This document shows, one piece after another, positions 38,270 through 47,380 of a stretch of DNA of 64,000 nt. The notes beneath the pieces are model-generated. The model saw only the letters and a list, made by a program, of their open reading frames with translations. It ran no database searches and was not told the DNA's origin. Positions within the stretch are counted from its first letter, which is position 1; every line of letters starts with the position of its first letter. The position numbers were made by a program, and so were the translations under genes. The stretch comes from Candidatus Binatia bacterium (lineage in GTDB: Bacteria > Desulfobacterota > Binatia > Bin18), in the NCBI GenBank assembly GCA_963664395.2, contig OY761159.2, positions 224,001-288,000 of the forward strand, given 5' to 3'.

Positions 38270-39346
38270 CTACGCGTCTGCGAAGTGGGGCAGCACTTCT
38301 TCAACCAGCATGCGCTGTGAATTTTCCCAGGCTTCGTTGTTTTCCGACTGATCGAAGGTCAGGGCCAGCAGGCAACCGAAGCCGCCGGTTTGTTCGTACA
38401 TATCGCCCAGCTTTTGGGTCACGGTTTGTGGGGAGCCAACCAGCCACACATAGTCGGCCAGATACTCCAAGGTCACGTCGGAGTCCGGGACTTCGGGATG
38501 ATGCTTGAACAGGCTCATCATATCGAACGACTTGAAGAGCGGCAGCAGATACTCGCCCCACACCCGGCCCAGCATACCGTTCAGGGCTTGCTCGCGCGCC
38601 TCCCGGTCGGTCTCGGCAATATAGACCTCGCGCGAGATGCGCCAGTCACTCCGAGACGGCGTGACGCCGGACCGCTCGGCGCCTTCGACCACGGCCTGCC
38701 AATGGGTAGTGAGATAGCTATTGCTCAGCGCGATACTGAGGGGCAGGAAGCCGTTCTCGCCGGCGAACTTCAGCGTGTCCGAGCCGGGGGTGAGGCCGGC
38801 GATACCGATGGGCGGATGGGGTTTCTGAAAGGGTTTGAGGTGGAACTTGAGGCTGTCGAGCATGGTGTCAATCCGGTTGAACGACCAGAACTCGCCCTGA
38901 TATTCAAACGGCTCCTCGCTCTGCCACAGCCGGAGCATGATATTCAGCGCTTCCAGCGTCATGCGCCGATTTTCTCCGGCCGCACCGTCCACATTGAACA
39001 GTTTCCAGTCACTCGGCAGGCCGCTCGTGCCGACCCCCAGCATGAAACGGCCCTGGGCCATATGATCCAGAAAAGCCACCCGGTGGGCCAGCTCAACCGG
39101 ATGATGGTACGGCAGGAGATGAGCGCCGGGACAGAGTTTTATGCGCTGGGTGCGCAGGAGTGCCTGAGCAATGAGCAAATCCGGGGCGGGGTTGGGTTCC
39201 CACGGGGCGGTGAAATGCTCACCTATCCAGGCCTCGTGAAAGCCGACGCGATCGACAAATTCCAGGTGTTGCAGGTCCCACGCATGGCCCTCGTATAAAC
39301 CTCTTTCGGGTGGGTGTGAGGGCATCATAAAGACTCCGGCTTTCAT
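38270..39346 (-). CDS. LLM-class flavin-dependent monooxygenase
   Basis: FMMPSHPP, EAWIGEHFT, LPYHHPVELAHRVAFLDHMAQGR, KPFQKPHPPI, LVGSPQTV. Confidence 0.92.
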   Translation of the reverse strand: MKAGVFMMPSHPPERGLYEGHAWDLQHLEFVDRVGFHEAWIGEHFTAPWEPNPAPDLLIAQALLRTQRIKLCPGAHLLPYHHPVELAHRVAFLDHMAQGRFMLGVGTSGLPSDWKLFNVDGAAGENRRMTLEALNIMLRLWQSEEPFEYQGEFWSFNRIDTMLDSLKFHLKPFQKPHPPIGIAGLTPGSDTLKFAGENGFLPLSIALSNSYLTTHWQAVVEGAERSGVTPSRSDWRISREVYIAETDREAREQALNGMLGRVWGEYLLPLFKSFDMMSLFKHHPEVPDSDVTLEYLADYVWLVGSPQTVTQKLGDMYEQTGGFGCLLALTFDQSENNEAWENSQRMLVEEVLPHFADA

Positions 39347-39556
39347 AGGCTTCCTCCTTCGGCTCCCGCTCCCGCAGGCTGGATGAACACCTATCGGTTT
39401 TCGCCCGAAGCCTCAAGGCCAGGACCACCCTTCCCTATTGAAAATCGCTGGACAACAAGCGCTTTTGTTTTAAGACAACAGAGAGATCCGGTTCCGGCCC
39501 AGGAGTGTGGACCTCGTACCCATCCCCCTACTCTGGCCCATTCTGCCTCGTCACCA

Positions 39557-39967
39557 CTAAGGCTCGACCGCCGTAATCACAAAGTTCTGACTGTTCTGTT
39601 GCCACTCCAGGGTCACCGTCTCCCCCACCGGGGGGAAGTCGGCCACCTCGCACGTGCCGGCGGCATCCCGCACAAACTCTTCCCCCAGCGTCGTCACGGT
39701 GACGGTGGCCCGCCCTAACTCGACGCCATCGACCAGGGCCACGACCGTATGCGCCCCCTCCCCCAACAGGTTCCAGTTGAACAACAACCCAAACCCGTTG
39801 GCCACGTCGCCACAGTCCGCTACGGTGTCCGCCCGCGGGGTACCGTAGGCCGCCGCCTGCGTCTCGCCGTCAATCGCAATCTCGACCGCATCCGCCTCGC
39901 ACACCCAGCCGGAGATGACGCCGATGCCGCTTTGGAAGGAATTGGCGCCCGGGTTCTCCAGATACCC
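39557..39967 (-). repeat. C-terminal domain copy 1 (LENPG-SFQSGIG-WQQNSQNF)
   Basis: Homologous to 42769-43188; 31-bp exact match 39579-39609 vs 42788-42818. Confidence 0.92.
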
Positions 39968-42661
39968 CGTAGGTTCCTCCGACGACCCGCCACCGCTGCC
40001 GCCACTCCTGCCCTCAGCACCACCGCCACCGGTCCCACTACCATTGCCGCCACCATTGCCGCCGCCGTTGCCACCGTTGCCATTGCCACCATCGCCGCCC
40101 CCGTCCTCGATCATCGAAACGGATTCCGCTGCCGCTACGGTCGCCGTCGCCGCACTGACCCGCGTCTCTTCTGTCCCCCCCGCGTCGGTGAAGGTCACCC
40201 GTACCTGTACCTGCTTACCCACGTCGGCGACGGTCAGCGTGTAGGTCTCGTGCGGCGCCCCAGGAATGACACTCTCGGTGCTGCCCTCCACCCGCAGCCA
40301 CTGGTAGACGTAGAGGACGTTCGTGAGGCCGTCGGCATCCATAATCCCAGAGAGGTCCACCCTCAGCGTCTCCCCCACCCGCAGAATCCCGCTGACCGTG
40401 GGCTGCCCGGTCGCCGGCCTATTGGCGGGCGCAGTCGTCCCCGATCTGCTCCCTGACCACGACCCGTATATTTCGCCGCTCCTCGCCCGCACCTGTACCT
40501 CGTAGGTCGTGTTCGCCCGCAAGCCGGCAATGGTCGTGCGCGTGGTAAGTCCGCTATGCGTCCACTCCTGCCAGGAATCCATCGGGGCCTGCCGGTACCA
40601 CACGTCATAACCAGTGATTGGCGTCTCGTTGTCAGTCGGTGCCGTCCAACTCACGGCGAGCGTCGTTGGCCCCGCCGCCATCACCCTCGACGCGGACACT
40701 GACCCAGGAAACGCGTCGTCCTCTTCGACCTGGACTACTACCTGAGAACTCTCTACGTCGTCGTGGCCCCAGCTCGTCGCCCTATGCACGATAACCACTG
40801 GCGGGCCCGTCACGCTGTCCGCATCCTCCGCGGCCGACACCCCGAAGGTTTGCGGCACCATCCAGTTGTCTACCGTGAAGGTCACGCTGGCCGGCCGTAC
40901 CCAGACACCGGTTCCCGCCCAACCCGACGGCGTGAGGGTCACGTCGCCGTGCGGCTGCGACAACGGCACCGCCGTGTAAGTGGCGCGGTGTCCTTCCACC
41001 ACCGTCAGTGCGGGCGGCTCCAGCGCAACGTCCGGCGGCGGTGGCGAGGAAAGAAACTCCGGCAGGGGCTCAGTGCGTAGCGTCTCCCAGCCAGTGCGCA
41101 GGTCGCTGAGCCAGGATGGGACAGCCCCCAGCCGCAAGGCAAGCTGCGCCTCAAAGAGCGATTCGGGGGTCACCATCACGCCGTCGGATTCGAGAATGTC
41201 GAGGGTAGTGGTATCAAAGGAGGCTGGATTGCCGTGGAATCCGACGATAATGGGGAACAGAAATCGAAGGTAATTCCGCCAGAAATTATAGGACTTGTTC
41301 ATCCCGCCATGGTTGAAATTCCAAAACACCAGATGTCTGAGGTGGTGTGGCGTGCTGCGACCCCCCCCGCTGCCGTCCAGACGGCCGTTATTGACCCGGT
41401 CGTACAGCGTGGCATAGCTAGGCTTCGTCCGATGGATGTCAACAGCCTGTCCTGGACTCATGTCGAAACGATAGAACACGGTTCCGGTCGCGGCATGGCT
41501 GGGACCTATGCCGTGAAGATGGTTTGCCAGGTCTTCCGACAGCCCAACCCAGGTGCCGTAGTTACCTTCGCTTTTAATGGAATGGTGGCCTCTGTTTCCC
41601 GCTATAGTGACCTGGTACACAGATACGGCTGCGCTGCCGATTACTGTCAGTGCCCAATTGACATTGATGAGAGAGATGCGCCGCACCCAGGAATTGACGC
41701 ATTGTTCAAGCCGCAAAAGACTATAGCCCCCATCATGGCGGGCGTTTTTGTGATGGACAAATTCCTCCCAAAATGAGCCATGAAAGCTGATGTCCTCAAC
41801 ACCGACTTCCTCAAGGTGCTGATAGAAGCGCACCTTCCAGCCATAGTCATGATTGACCTTGGTATGCAGGGGTTCATTGAGGCGAATCCGATTGCCCTGA
41901 ATCTCGGCAATGCTGTGTCTTTCGTGTATGATAATTCCCTCTTCGAAAAGCACTTCCCACGAGCTGTCGCTGGGATTTGGTGAGCGCGGAGAAAGGAATT
42001 CATCAATCGCTTCCGTGCTGTTCATAGACAGTGTAATCCATTGGCCGACGCTCAACTCGGAAGCGTCAGCGACGGTGATCCAGAAGGTTTCTCGGGCCGC
42101 ACTGTCGGTAACGGACGTCGAGAGGCGGTTGCCTGCAGAATCAGGTCTGAATCTGAACATAAAGGGCGTTGAATACTTTTGATCGGGATTGGCTGGGGGC
42201 AGGTTATTGACCTGTCTGATGATCGTGCCGCCCGTTCGGCTGCCGCTGCCTCTGAGAACGATATGGCTGCCTCTGATGTAGATAGGTTTGTTAGGGTCCG
42301 TATCGGTATTGACGAGAAATTCTCCCGGCGGGAAGAAGACGATACCGCTGCCATTGGCCTCGGCAGCGGCGATGGCACGCCGGATGGCGCTCTGGTCGGA
42401 CTGGTCATCATTCGCGAGGGCACCATAGGTGGTGACATCGAACACGGGATGGGTGACATCGGGCACGGGCTTGCTGAAGTAGTGATAGCCCGCATAGGAG
42501 AAATCGGGCAGGACAGGTTCTGTCTGGTTCTGTTTGGCCGCGACGAACTGCTCCCAGGTATTTGAAACCACTCCCGTCTGGACTGTACTGGCCGTCAGGG
42601 AGGTGACGGGAGCCCAAAAGAGCAGGGAGAACACAGCGACACGTACTGTCTGCGCCACCAT
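39557..42661 (-). CDS. Secreted modular protein: pectate-lyase-like/DUF4955-type beta-helix, FN3 and Ig-like repeats, Gly-rich linker, unannotated C-terminal domain
   Basis: Signal peptide after AGGAG RBS; LPDFSYAGY..FDVTTYGA..GIVFFPPGEF, PESLFEAQL; FN3 VSWTAP..ITGYDV..GLRANTTYEVQVRA; (GGN)n linker; GYLENPG.NSFQSGIG domain. Confidence 0.82.
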   Translation of the reverse strand: MVAQTVRVAVFSLLFWAPVTSLTASTVQTGVVSNTWEQFVAAKQNQTEPVLPDFSYAGYHYFSKPVPDVTHPVFDVTTYGALANDDQSDQSAIRRAIAAAEANGSGIVFFPPGEFLVNTDTDPNKPIYIRGSHIVLRGSGSRTGGTIIRQVNNLPPANPDQKYSTPFMFRFRPDSAGNRLSTSVTDSAARETFWITVADASELSVGQWITLSMNSTEAIDEFLSPRSPNPSDSSWEVLFEEGIIIHERHSIAEIQGNRIRLNEPLHTKVNHDYGWKVRFYQHLEEVGVEDISFHGSFWEEFVHHKNARHDGGYSLLRLEQCVNSWVRRISLINVNWALTVIGSAAVSVYQVTIAGNRGHHSIKSEGNYGTWVGLSEDLANHLHGIGPSHAATGTVFYRFDMSPGQAVDIHRTKPSYATLYDRVNNGRLDGSGGGRSTPHHLRHLVFWNFNHGGMNKSYNFWRNYLRFLFPIIVGFHGNPASFDTTTLDILESDGVMVTPESLFEAQLALRLGAVPSWLSDLRTGWETLRTEPLPEFLSSPPPPDVALEPPALTVVEGHRATYTAVPLSQPHGDVTLTPSGWAGTGVWVRPASVTFTVDNWMVPQTFGVSAAEDADSVTGPPVVIVHRATSWGHDDVESSQVVVQVEEDDAFPGSVSASRVMAAGPTTLAVSWTAPTDNETPITGYDVWYRQAPMDSWQEWTHSGLTTRTTIAGLRANTTYEVQVRARSGEIYGSWSGSRSGTTAPANRPATGQPTVSGILRVGETLRVDLSGIMDADGLTNVLYVYQWLRVEGSTESVIPGAPHETYTLTVADVGKQVQVRVTFTDAGGTEETRVSAATATVAAAESVSMIEDGGGDGGNGNGGNGGGNGGGNGSGTGGGGAEGRSGGSGGGSSEEPTGYLENPGANSFQSGIGVISGWVCEADAVEIAIDGETQAAAYGTPRADTVADCGDVANGFGLLFNWNLLGEGAHTVVALVDGVELGRATVTVTTLGEEFVRDAAGTCEVADFPPVGETVTLEWQQNSQNFVITAVEP

Positions 42662-42768
42662 AGTCAGGCTCCTCTTCGCCAGCAAGGATCGAGACGGGGC
42701 TGCACGGCAGCCATGGCCGCGCTCAAGGGGACCAAGTCTGAGAGCGGACCGGCAGGTGTCGGCCCGCC

Positions 42769-43266
42769 TCACTCGACCTGGGTCATGACAAAGTTCTGAC
42801 TGTTCTGTTGCCACTCCAACGTCACCGTCTCGCCCGGCCCCGGAAAGTCCTCGACCGCACACTCCCCCGCGGCGCCCCGCAGAAACTCTGCCTCTGCCCC
42901 TTCCCCCACAGTCGTCACCTGCACCGTCGCCCGCCCGAGTTCCTCCTCGTCCACATAGGCCACCACGTCATGTTCCCCCGCACCCAGCAGATTCCAGTTG
43001 AACAACAATCCAAACCCATTGTCCGTGTCCCCACATACCCCTTGGGTGTCCAGCCGCTCGGTGCCGTAGGCCGCCGGTTGGGCCTCTCCGTTCAGTTCAA
43101 TCTCCACCTGCTCCGCTTCGCACACCCAGCCCGAGATGACCCCAATCCCGCTCTGAAACGAATGCGGCCCCGGGTTCTCTAACTGTCCCAGGGGTTGTGC
43201 TAGCGTCCCCAAAGGCCACCCGAGGACGGCGAGCAGCACCAGGCCGAGCAGGGCGAGGGCGGTCAT
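42769..43266 (-). CDS. Secreted stand-alone protein consisting of the same unannotated domain
   Basis: Hydrophobic leader MTALALLGLVLLAVLGWPLGTLA followed directly by GQLENPGPHSFQSGIG...; alternative start at 43398. Confidence 0.8.
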   Translation of the reverse strand: MTALALLGLVLLAVLGWPLGTLAQPLGQLENPGPHSFQSGIGVISGWVCEAEQVEIELNGEAQPAAYGTERLDTQGVCGDTDNGFGLLFNWNLLGAGEHDVVAYVDEEELGRATVQVTTVGEGAEAEFLRGAAGECAVEDFPGPGETVTLEWQQNSQNFVMTQVE

Positions 43267-43450
43267 AGTCCGTGCGAAGCGCCTCTCCAGGCTGGACGAC
43301 CGGACGCACCGGGCGCCAAAACTGGGAGGTGGGGGCGCGCACACAGCCCGTGTCAATTCCGTTCCCCGGCTCGTGCTCTGTTCGCTGGCCTGTAGCATAC
43401 CGCTCTCTCCGCCCTCAGCGTGTGTACGGAGGATGCAATGGGGCGTCTCA

Positions 43451-43560
43451 CCCCCAATAATGGGGGATTTTCTATTAAAGTAAAGAGGTAAATAGTCCTG
43501 CAAAATCAATGACTTATACATAGTGGTAGGGCATATACCGACCAGCGCTCGGGCTGTCAA
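43451..43560 (-). promoter_or_regulatory. Promoter with palindromic operator, IHF consensus and TTGACA
   Basis: CCCCCA-ATAA-TGGGGG 43451-43466; AATCAATGACTTA 43504-43516; TTGACA (minus) 43560-43555 with TATATG 17 bp downstream. Confidence 0.65.
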
Positions 43561-43612
43561 GTGCTGGTCGATAGGTGTCTGAACCTCGGGGGATGGACGG
43601 GGGCCGTAGCGG

Positions 43613-44746
43613 TCAGGCGAACTCGGTCAGCGCCCGCACCAACTGCACCAACTCGGCCTGCCGGGCGACGCCCAGCTTGCGATAGATGTGCTTCAGGTGC
43701 CAATGGATGGAGCTGACCTGCCGCCCCGTAGTCCCGGCAATTTCGCGGACGGTCTGCCCGTGCGCCAAGGCGACGGCGATTTGGCTCTCGGCTCGCGTCA
43801 GCCCCAGGGTCGTGGCCACCAGGGCGGGATCGATGCGAGACGGGCGCCCCGGCTCGACCAGCAGTACCAGCACGGCCACACGCCGCGCCCCGTAGTCCGG
43901 CGGCGACACGACCACGGGTTTGACGTGCACCACGACCGGCGGCAACACGGGCGAGCGATGGAGTAGCATCGACCCACTGACGGCAACCCCGGCGGACGGC
44001 AGCGCATTGGCCAGCAGGCGCGCCAGTTGGGCGTGGTCGGCCGGCCCGCGAGCCCGCAGTTCCCCGCTCCGATCCGACAGCCCGTCGCCGTGCCGCAGCA
44101 TGGCCTGGGCGCGGTCATTAGCGGCCATGACCCGCCCGCGCTGATCCAGGTGGATGACCCCCAGCCGGGAGGAGTCGAGCAGGTCGGGCACGGACGCGCC
44201 CAGCGCCTCGGCGCCGACCAGGGCCTGCCGGACCCGGACAAATTGCCGAATGTGGGGCAGCAGTCCTTTAATCAGTGCGAGTTGCGAGGATTCCCAGCCA
44301 CCCGAGGTGACGGGGTCATTGACACCCCAGGAGATGTGGGACCCGTCCGGCCCGTCCAGGCGGACATTCAAGCTGTTCTGGGCCGCGGCACGGGGCAACA
44401 CCTCGTTATAGGTGAGCGAGGTCCGCAACTCCTGGGCGGTGTACAGATCGGTGACGTGCACCAGGCGGCTGTCGGGCAGTTGCCGGAAACGGGGCACGCG
44501 TTCGTCGATGGGATGGTAAACTTCGAGGTATTTGCGCTCCAAGTCTTCGCGACGCTCCCCCCGGTAGTAGAGCCCGACGAAGAGGGCTCGGACGGCGTCC
44601 TTCGGGCCAGTACCGACCATTATGCCATTGCCCTGTATGCCGCAAGCCTCATCGATCAGGGCGGAGGTGGCGGGCCACAGGGTATCGTCGAGCATGGCCT
44701 CGTATAACGATACCAGGATGCGCTCAAATGCGTCTTGGACGCTCAT
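43613..44746 (-). CDS. LuxR/CsgD-type HTH transcriptional regulator with GAF/PAS-like sensor region
   Basis: PAS-like LDSSRLGVIHLDQRGRVMAANDRA; C-terminal LTRAESQIAVALAHGQTVREIA...IHWHLKHIYRKLGVARQAELV. Confidence 0.9.
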   Translation of the reverse strand: MSVQDAFERILVSLYEAMLDDTLWPATSALIDEACGIQGNGIMVGTGPKDAVRALFVGLYYRGERREDLERKYLEVYHPIDERVPRFRQLPDSRLVHVTDLYTAQELRTSLTYNEVLPRAAAQNSLNVRLDGPDGSHISWGVNDPVTSGGWESSQLALIKGLLPHIRQFVRVRQALVGAEALGASVPDLLDSSRLGVIHLDQRGRVMAANDRAQAMLRHGDGLSDRSGELRARGPADHAQLARLLANALPSAGVAVSGSMLLHRSPVLPPVVVHVKPVVVSPPDYGARRVAVLVLLVEPGRPSRIDPALVATTLGLTRAESQIAVALAHGQTVREIAGTTGRQVSSIHWHLKHIYRKLGVARQAELVQLVRALTEFA

Positions 44747-44839
44747 GCCGCAGCTTCCTTCCGTTCGTCCACACCCGGCTCTCTACAGTGGTGATGGAAT
44801 GATTTGTGCAGCAGATCAGTCTCCAACAGGCCATATCTC

Positions 44840-44952
44840 CCCCCATCATTAGGGTATTACCCCCTAATGATGGGGGATTCAATAAGTTATGTGAAATCAA
44901 TAACTTAGACACTATAACAAGGATACGTATAAACAAACATCCGACCTGTCAA
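44840..44952 (-). promoter_or_regulatory. Promoter with two inverted operator boxes, IHF consensus and TTGACA
   Basis: CCCCCATCATTAGGG-N7-CCCTAATGATGGGGG 44840-44876; AATCAATAACTTA 44895-44907; TTGACA (minus) 44952-44947. Confidence 0.65.
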
Positions 44953-44997
44953 GTGTTTAATGCATGCTGTATGTTTCTCGACTGCCGCCGCTGCGGT

Positions 44998-45017
44998 CGG
45001 ATCACGTCCGGCAGGAC
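44998..45017 (-). repeat. Partial inverted copy of the 37037 palindromic repeat
   Basis: Reverse complement GTCCTGCCGGACGTGATCCG matches GTCATGCCGGACGTGATCCG (37037-37056) at 19/20. Confidence 0.75.
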
Positions 45018-45110
45018 AGGGCGGCGACTGGCAGGCGTCAAACATCCGCGTCGGGGCGGACTTCCAGTGTCGGACGCCCTACCGGGGACGGGGACTGACC
45101 GAGCCGTCCC

Positions 45111-45139
45111 TTGATTCCCGCCAGTCCGACCGCAATAAT
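45111..45139 (+). promoter_or_regulatory. Candidate sigma70 promoter for hisH
   Basis: TTGATT-N17-AATAAT, 11 bp before the ATG. Confidence 0.45.
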
Positions 45140-45150
45140 GGCCCTCCACT

Positions 45151-45801
45151 ATGATCGCGATTATTGATTACGGCATGGGTAATCTGCGCAGTGTCCAAAA
45201 GGGCTTTGAAAAGATGGGCCATGCGGCAACCGTCACCCGGGATGCCGCGCAGATTGAGGCCGCCGCCGGCGTTGTCCTGCCGGGGGTGGGCGCGTTTGGA
45301 GCGTGCATGGATGGCCTGGCCGCATGCGGCTTGGTTGATACTGTCCATCGGGTGGTTGAGCGGGGCATTCCTTTTCTCGGCATCTGTGTGGGGATGCAGA
45401 TTCTATTTTCGGAAAGTGTCGAGTTCGGCCGGGTCCGGGGGTTGGATATTCTGAAAGGCAAGATCGTGCGGTTTGATCCGACTACCCTGGCCGGGCAGAA
45501 AATTCCGCATATGGGCTGGAATCAGCTCCAGGTTCAACAGCGGCCCCCCCATCTCGACGGCGTGGCCGAGGACGCGAGCGTGTATTTCGTGCATTCGTAT
45601 TATCCGGTCCCGGATGACGCGGCGATTATTGCCACCACCACGGAGTATGGGTTGCCGTTCGCCTCAAGCGTGTGGTCGGGCAATATCTTTGCCACCCAGT
45701 TTCATCCGGAAAAAAGCCAGGCGATTGGCCTGAGAATTCTGGCCAACTTCGGACATCTCGTCCGCGAGCAGCGCTCGGGCCTCACCCCACCCTGGTTATG
45801 A
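45151..45801 (+). CDS. hisH: Imidazole glycerol phosphate synthase, glutaminase subunit
   Basis: IIDYGMGNLRSV, LPGVGAF, LGICVGMQ, PHMGWN, YFVHSY, QFHPEKS. Confidence 0.98.
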   Translation: MIAIIDYGMGNLRSVQKGFEKMGHAATVTRDAAQIEAAAGVVLPGVGAFGACMDGLAACGLVDTVHRVVERGIPFLGICVGMQILFSESVEFGRVRGLDILKGKIVRFDPTTLAGQKIPHMGWNQLQVQQRPPHLDGVAEDASVYFVHSYYPVPDDAAIIATTTEYGLPFASSVWSGNIFATQFHPEKSQAIGLRILANFGHLVREQRSGLTPPWL

Positions 45802-45875
45802 CACCATTCCGGTCGGCCACGTGCACACCCTCACTGACAGCGCGCTTGACGGAGGTTGTGTATTTGACATAGATT

Positions 45876-45890
45876 TGACTAACTTGGTCA
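45876..45890 (+). promoter_or_regulatory. Palindromic operator upstream of TA operon
   Basis: TGACTAA-C-TTGGTCA between TTGACA (45864) and CATAAT (45889). Confidence 0.55.
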
Positions 45891-45906
45891 TAATGGAGAA
45901 GACTCC

Positions 45907-46203
45907 GTGAGGAAATCTCATCACGTCAAACAGAAGCATCCGGCACCCATTCCCGGCTGGAAGTTGGGAGAGGCCAAGGCAAAGTTCAGCGAACTCGTGC
46001 GCCGGGCCACGGCTGGGCAGCCGCAGCGGGTCACGGTGCACGGTAAAGACGCGGTGGTCATCGTCGCCGCGGACGCATTCGATGCCCTCCGGGCACGACA
46101 GCACCCGTCCGGTCTGCATGCCCTACTGTCTCAGTCGCCGCTCAGCCGTCTCCCATTCGGGGAAGACGGGGTGCGGAGCCCGGTCCGTGAGGTCGAGTTG
46201 TGA
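45907..46203 (+). CDS. Phd/YefM-family antitoxin
   Basis: WKLGEAKAKFSELVRRA..GQPQRVTVHGKDAVVIV; overlaps vapC start. Confidence 0.9.
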   Translation: MRKSHHVKQKHPAPIPGWKLGEAKAKFSELVRRATAGQPQRVTVHGKDAVVIVAADAFDALRARQHPSGLHALLSQSPLSRLPFGEDGVRSPVREVEL

Positions 46204-46628
46204 CGGGATGGCTGCTCGACACCAACGTTGTCTCTGAACTCCGCAAGAAGCGCCCCAACCGTCATGTCAAAGCCTGGGCGGACGCGCAAGCCTCGGACAG
46301 CCTCTTCCTCAGCAGCGTCACCGTGGCCGAGATTCGCTATGGCATCGAAAAACAGCCTGACCCTGCGTTTCGCAATGAACTGGCACAGTGGCTCGACCAC
46401 TCTCTACGTCCCTGGTTTGCCGGGCGCATCCTGCCCGTAGACGAGGAGGTGATCCTGGAATGGCGTCGCATGGTGGCCCGGGGTCGAGACCGCTCAGTCA
46501 CGTTCAGCCAGCCCGACCTCTTCATCGCGGCCACTGCGGCGGTGCATGCACTTACCGTCTGTACCCGCAATGCAGGCGATTTTCACGGGACAGAGGTCCC
46601 GGTCTTCAATCCGTGGGTGACATGCTGA
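46200..46628 (+). CDS. vapC: VapC-family PIN toxin
   Basis: WLLDTNVVSELRK, LSSVTVAEIRYGI, DLFIAATAAVHALTVCTRN..DF, VFNPW. Confidence 0.93.
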   Translation: MTGWLLDTNVVSELRKKRPNRHVKAWADAQASDSLFLSSVTVAEIRYGIEKQPDPAFRNELAQWLDHSLRPWFAGRILPVDEEVILEWRRMVARGRDRSVTFSQPDLFIAATAAVHALTVCTRNAGDFHGTEVPVFNPWVTC

Positions 46629-47353
46629 TTATTCCGGCCATTGACCTGAAAGCCGGACAGTGCGTCCGCCTCTACCAGGGGGATATGGACCGGGCCACGG
46701 TCTACTCGGACGACCCGGTTGAAACCGCGCTGCGCTGGCAGCGGGAAGGCGCCCCGCGGCTGCACGTGGTGGACCTTGACGCCGCGGTCAGCGGCACCAC
46801 GGCCAATACCAGTGCGATTGAGCGCATCTGTCAGGCCCTGAGCATTCCGGTTCAGGTCGGGGGCGGCATCCGCAGCCTGGCCACGCTCGAACGCCTGCTC
46901 GCTCTCGGTGTCAGTCGCGCGATCCTGGGGACGGTGGCTCATCGTCAGCCGGCTCTTGTGGCGGAAGCCTGCGCCCAGTTCCCCGGCCGGATTACGGTCG
47001 GCATTGATGCCCGGGCCGGTCGGGTGGCCGTCCAAGGCTGGACAGAAACGACCGACCTGGAGGCCACGGACCTGGCGCTGCGCTGTCAGGACCAGGGGGT
47101 GAGTGAAATCGTCTATACGGATATCAGCCGCGACGGGACCCAGCAGGGCGTGAACCATGAGGCGACAGGAGCTCTGGCCGAGGCCGTCTCCGTCCCGGTC
47201 ATTGCCTCGGGCGGGGTGGCGAGTACCGCCGACATTCAACGTCTCCTGCCGTTTGAATCATCGGGGGTCATGGGAGTGATTATCGGGCGGGCGCTGTATA
47301 CCGGAGGCGTGCAGTTGGGGGAAGCGATTCGGCTGGGTGCCTCCCGCGGATAA
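46622..47353 (+). CDS. hisA: ProFAR isomerase
   Basis: MLIIPAIDLKAGQCVRLYQG, LHVVDLD, QVGGGIR, YTDISRDGT, ASGGV, IIGRALY. Confidence 0.97.
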   Translation: MLIIPAIDLKAGQCVRLYQGDMDRATVYSDDPVETALRWQREGAPRLHVVDLDAAVSGTTANTSAIERICQALSIPVQVGGGIRSLATLERLLALGVSRAILGTVAHRQPALVAEACAQFPGRITVGIDARAGRVAVQGWTETTDLEATDLALRCQDQGVSEIVYTDISRDGTQQGVNHEATGALAEAVSVPVIASGGVASTADIQRLLPFESSGVMGVIIGRALYTGGVQLGEAIRLGASRG

Positions 47354-47380
47354 GACTCTTCTACAGAGCTGCCCGTGCCC

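Noticed and set aside
39985-40105. GGN/GGC microrepeats as a contingency locus
   Set aside because: Imperfect, in-frame and explained by a Gly/Asn/Ser protein linker
43613-44746. AHL quorum-sensing LuxR
   Set aside because: Too long, has a PAS-like middle region, lacks a recognisable autoinducer-binding motif, and there is no luxI
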